Part shown: one piece after another, positions 37,668 to 41,286 of the stretch
Layout: every line of letters starts with the position of its first letter
How positions within the stretch are numbered: the first letter of the stretch is position 1
Assembly: GCA_000165425.1 (NCBI GenBank)
Contig: CT868585.1
Span: 372,001 to 413,286, forward strand
Direction: 5' to 3'
From: Paramecium tetraurelia
Taxonomy: Eukaryota
DNA length: 41,286 bases
Notes under the pieces: generated by a model
Told to the model about the DNA's origin: nothing
Databases searched by the model: none
Seen by the model: only the letters and a program-made list of their open reading frames with translations
Translations under genes and position numbers: made by a program

Positions 37668-39137
37668 TCAACAACATCCCCTTTTTTTTTAAGATGCTAT
37701 TAGCTGCTTATTAAATTAATTAAAATTATGATGTTAATTACTGCTTATTGATGAAAAATATTCTTTGTTAGACTACTTCACATTCTAATTATCGAGAATG
37801 TTAATTATATATTTTTAAATTTGAGGTACACTATTAAATTCATAATTTGCCATTACTAAAAATAGGATTTCATTGACAGCACTAAAATAATTGATAATAT
37901 AAACCTTAAATCTGCTATTGAGATAGTTTTTTGATTATAGATATACTTATATTTTCCTCCATTGAGAAAAACTTTAACAAAAAATTATAACAACTAATCT
38001 ATAGTTTGTTTTTTTGATTTTGCTTCCTGCCCATTCTGATTTTTTTATATTCTCATAACATATTCAGTAATTTGTCTCATTTCATTTAGGTGAAAGTCCA
38101 AATAACTATCTATCTAAGCTTTAAGTTTTTAGTCTTCTAATGGATAAAAACTTAACAGTCGATATTATTCACATATGTATTTTAAAATTGCATGGCTTTC
38201 GAAGAGTGTAAAAGTTCCTTATTTAATGGATGGAACTGTCTTATCTGGATTTATTTAAGAATAATTATCGGATTTCAGAATATCTATAACTTTTTCATTA
38301 TACTCAATTTTAGCCAATAAAAATAATGATCTCACCGCTCTTGACGGCGATGAAAATGGATGAAAATATAGAGTAATTTATTCTTATTTAGGTTATCTAG
38401 TCAATATTGATTAAATGAACTGATTTTTATATTTTTGTTTCGATATTAAATTAAAATAATCCTAATGTGATATGTATAATTCTGGTATTTTAAAAATTCT
38501 CATAATATATTGCTCTAAAACTGGGAACTTTTCGAAATCAAAATTACAAATAAATAGGGATGTCAAATCACAAACTGCTCTTAAAGAATATACAATTGTT
38601 TACCTTATATCTGCAATTGTAAAGTTGTGTTAGTCAAAAATATAATTATAATGGCCATTGTTTAGAAAAGTTTTGATAAAAAAATGTAATACTTCTTCAA
38701 TGTCAATTAGTCTCGAAACTCTATTTTCTGGAACTCTATCCCCTTTCAACAATGGTTTCAAATAAAACTCTTTAGAATAGTCTAAAAGTTTAGTAAATTC
38801 ATTTTGATGCCAATCTAAATATGAATCAACTAAGGCTTAATTTTATAAACTCTTTTTGATATATATAAGCTTTTTTTACTTTAGGATATAATCCGAAGTC
38901 AGGCTTGTTTATGCAAATGTATTTTATTATTGCGTGACTTTCAAATAAACTGAAAAACCCTTCAGTAATAGCTGGCACGGTCTGATTAGGGTTGATATTA
39001 GTAAAAGCATGCTTGAGATTTTCCCCTTTGAGAACATCAATGATTTTTTCATTGAAATCGCTCTTTGTTAACTATAGGACTGTCTTAACAGATAAACATC
39101 TATGGGAGTAAGGATTAAAATAAAGTGTTATTAACAT
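37668..39137 (-). CDS. Tandem double glutathione S-transferase (two theta-like units), 464 aa, C-terminal KKRGCC
   Basis: Unit 1 TLYFNPYSHRC...INPNQTVPAI...LFESHAI...TIADI; unit 2 TLYFHPFSSPS...INPDKTVPSI...LFESHAI...SIADL; no TGA between units. Introns 38852-38879, 38580-38603, 37882-37904; spliced 1395 nt. Confidence 0.92.
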
Positions 39138-39210
39138 TGATAATTAAATTTAATATTACATTGTTTGAAAATTATGAGCTTAATAATTAACAAATATATA
39201 ATTATTTATA

Positions 39211-40185
39211 ATGAAATATTAATCATTGAGTAACGATATTAGAAGGGTAAAAAGAATAGAATAAATTAAGGAAGATTAGTTGAATAAGTTAATCAGTAAT
39301 ATTGGATAAGAAATTTAATAGAAGTAGCTATTTTAATTAAACATATAGCATAGATGATCCGTATAAATATTTAATCAAAAGAAATTATTCAATTGAGGAT
39401 AGAACTTTAATAAAAAGAGATAACATTTAATAGCGCAGACCAAAAGGAAGTATGTCCATCGCTGAAATTTGGACAAAAAAGATGAAAAAGTAATGTGACA
39501 AAATATTAGAAGAGATGAAGAAGAAATAAAATAAATAAATGTAAATCTAATAATTATGTTAGGCTCGATTTATCAAAATAATAATCAATAGATAATAGAT
39601 AAATTGATGAATCGATCCAATGTATACAATTTTTCTCTAAATAAAGCTCCATAAAATGCAAGTGCGATAATTGAATAATTGGGACTAAAAGCCTTAATGG
39701 GTAAAACTAAATAAAAGGACAAAAATAAGTAAATAGTCTAGTCCCCGCAACAAAAATTACAATCCCAATCCTAAATCTTAACTCAATCTCCTCAACCTAT
39801 TAGAGACAGATTTGCTTCGAACTTTCATTTTGAACCCACTTAATACTCCCCAATTTAGCAGTATCATCATAATAGCTAAAGTACAAGTTGTAGTACAAAA
39901 AATTTGTATAACGTAATAATAACATTAATAGAATCAATAGCAATTTTAGGAAATACAGCATTAAGAATGAAGTGAAAAGAGAAGTGAATAAATGTTTATA
40001 CGAATGCGATTCATTAATTCAAAATTATCAAGATGTTGACACGTAAAAATCAATTGTAAAAAGTTCATAGAAGGTTGAAATAGCCATCGAAAAGTCGTCT
40101 AGATATTTTTGTTGAAAAACAGCGAAGAGAAGCATTAGAAGAATTAATATTTATTGAAAGAAATAAACCTAAAAACATATATTGA
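39211..40185 (+). CDS. Hypothetical protein, 282 aa
   Basis: MKYQSLSNDIRRVKRIE...; five introns (25, 22, 25, 26, 28 nt) give 849 nt in frame; ends ERNKPKNIY-TGA. Confidence 0.7.
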
Positions 40186-40923
40186 TATATATTTTATTTT
40201 AATTTTCCATTTATGAGTCATTTAATATATAACTATGAACTATAAAATTTAGTAGCAAAAATACTTTCTACTTCGAATTATTTGGAGATTATAGTTAAAG
40301 AAATTAATTATGTTTCCCTCTCATTGTCATAATCAATCTAAATAACATTGGAATTTGTAATAATTTAATCTTTACCAATAAAACTTTCTTATGATATCCT
40401 TTAATTTATAAGAATAAACGCATTGTGTAAGAATGTCTAATATATATAATTTAAATTATCTCATTGTAAAATAAGGCTACTACTTTGTGATTTATGAAAG
40501 TCTTCTAATTTTATAATCACAAATGAGGATTCCTGCTTAATTTTCGATTATTTAAGACAAATGATCAAGTGATGAATATCATTATAAGAAAATTAAGTTT
40601 GTTTTAAATGTAATGAGTTGGATAGAATACTAATGGTTGAATTTTTATGCTGTCAAATTAAAAATAACCAACTGTCAACTGCTAGGCTATCTTTTTATAA
40701 ATATAATAAAGCAAGTATGCAAGGAGTAACTAAGAGCTAATATTCTTCAACAATAATTTGTAAATTCTTGAATTGCAATGAGAAAAGCAAAATAATTAAT
40801 TCTTATATAAATTAATAATTTTAAAATGAACACTTTTATTTGTTATTTGAAAAGATAAAAGAAATATATAGTAAATTCAATAGTATTATGACATTAACTC
40901 TGTATTCTCTAAATGTAACATCA

Positions 40924-41286
40924 TAATTGATACTAATTGTGTAACATTTTATTACTTATATATTTAATTAGTTATAAATGAGATCAATTTTTTAAGATTC
41001 CATTCTTAAATCTTCTTATTGTATATAAATGAGAGCATTTTTGTAAAATTGAGTTTAAAATTAGAATATTTTTGTAAAATTATATTTCTTAAGTAAATCA
41101 TAAATTCTAAATGAGATCATTTTTGAAAAATTGTATTTCTTATGTATATAATTAGTAATAAATGAGTTTATTTTTGTAAAATTGTATTTCTTAAGTATAT
41201 ATTTATGAATAAACTAGATAAATTTTGTAACATTCCATTCTTAGATCATATAACTGACTACAATTGAGATTAATTAAGTAACATTA
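40924..41286. repeat. Degenerate 51-bp tandem repeat (about 8 units, one shortened to 31 bp), running off the window end
   Basis: TAAATGAG-like unit starts at 40924, 40975, 41026, about 41057, 41108, 41159, 41210, 41261; core TAAATGAGATCATTTTTGTAAAATT(G)TATTTCTTAAG. Confidence 0.85.

Noticed and set aside
40043..40070. Apparent frameshift in the last plus-strand gene
   Set aside because: Resolved by a canonical 28-nt GTA...TAG intron.
40924..41286. CRISPR-like or telomeric interpretation of the repeat
   Set aside because: Units are contiguous and degenerate with no unique spacers or cas genes; no C4A2/C3A3 telomeric tracts; eukaryotic context.

Overview
Very AT-rich, extremely gene-dense eukaryotic DNA with the hallmarks of a Paramecium (aurelia-like) macronuclear chromosome. 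It uses ciliate genetic code 6 (TAA/TAG = Gln, TGA the only stop), has tiny 21-28 nt GT...AG introns, and some intergenic gaps are only 10-40 nt. I saw no IES interruptions or telomeric repeats. The supplied ORF track uses the standard code, so it fragments real genes and lists antisense artefacts. Re-reading in code 6 gives about 27 gene models, most with spliced lengths I checked as multiples of 3. They include a PTGR-like oxidoreductase, four Cys/His zinc-finger proteins, an SPX-EXS (XPR1/PHO1-like) exporter, a CinA-like+HxGH nucleotidyltransferase fusion, a TM-dCache-TM-HAMP-like receptor, CEP41, a hybrid histidine kinase, SRP68, an AGC kinase, two syntaxins, a MORN protein, a trichocyst matrix protein and a tandem double GST. 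Best leads: (1) an output-less Cache receptor with a near-canonical amino-acid-binding motif about 2 kb from a hybrid His-kinase; (2) a double GST ending KKRGCC; (3) a natural Y22F in the SPX InsP-binding cluster; (4) divergent gene pairs with ATGs 10-12 nt apart; (5) a frameshifted twin-Cys gene; (6) a 51-bp repeat array with one truncated unit. All family assignments are from motif recognition by eye; no database search was run.
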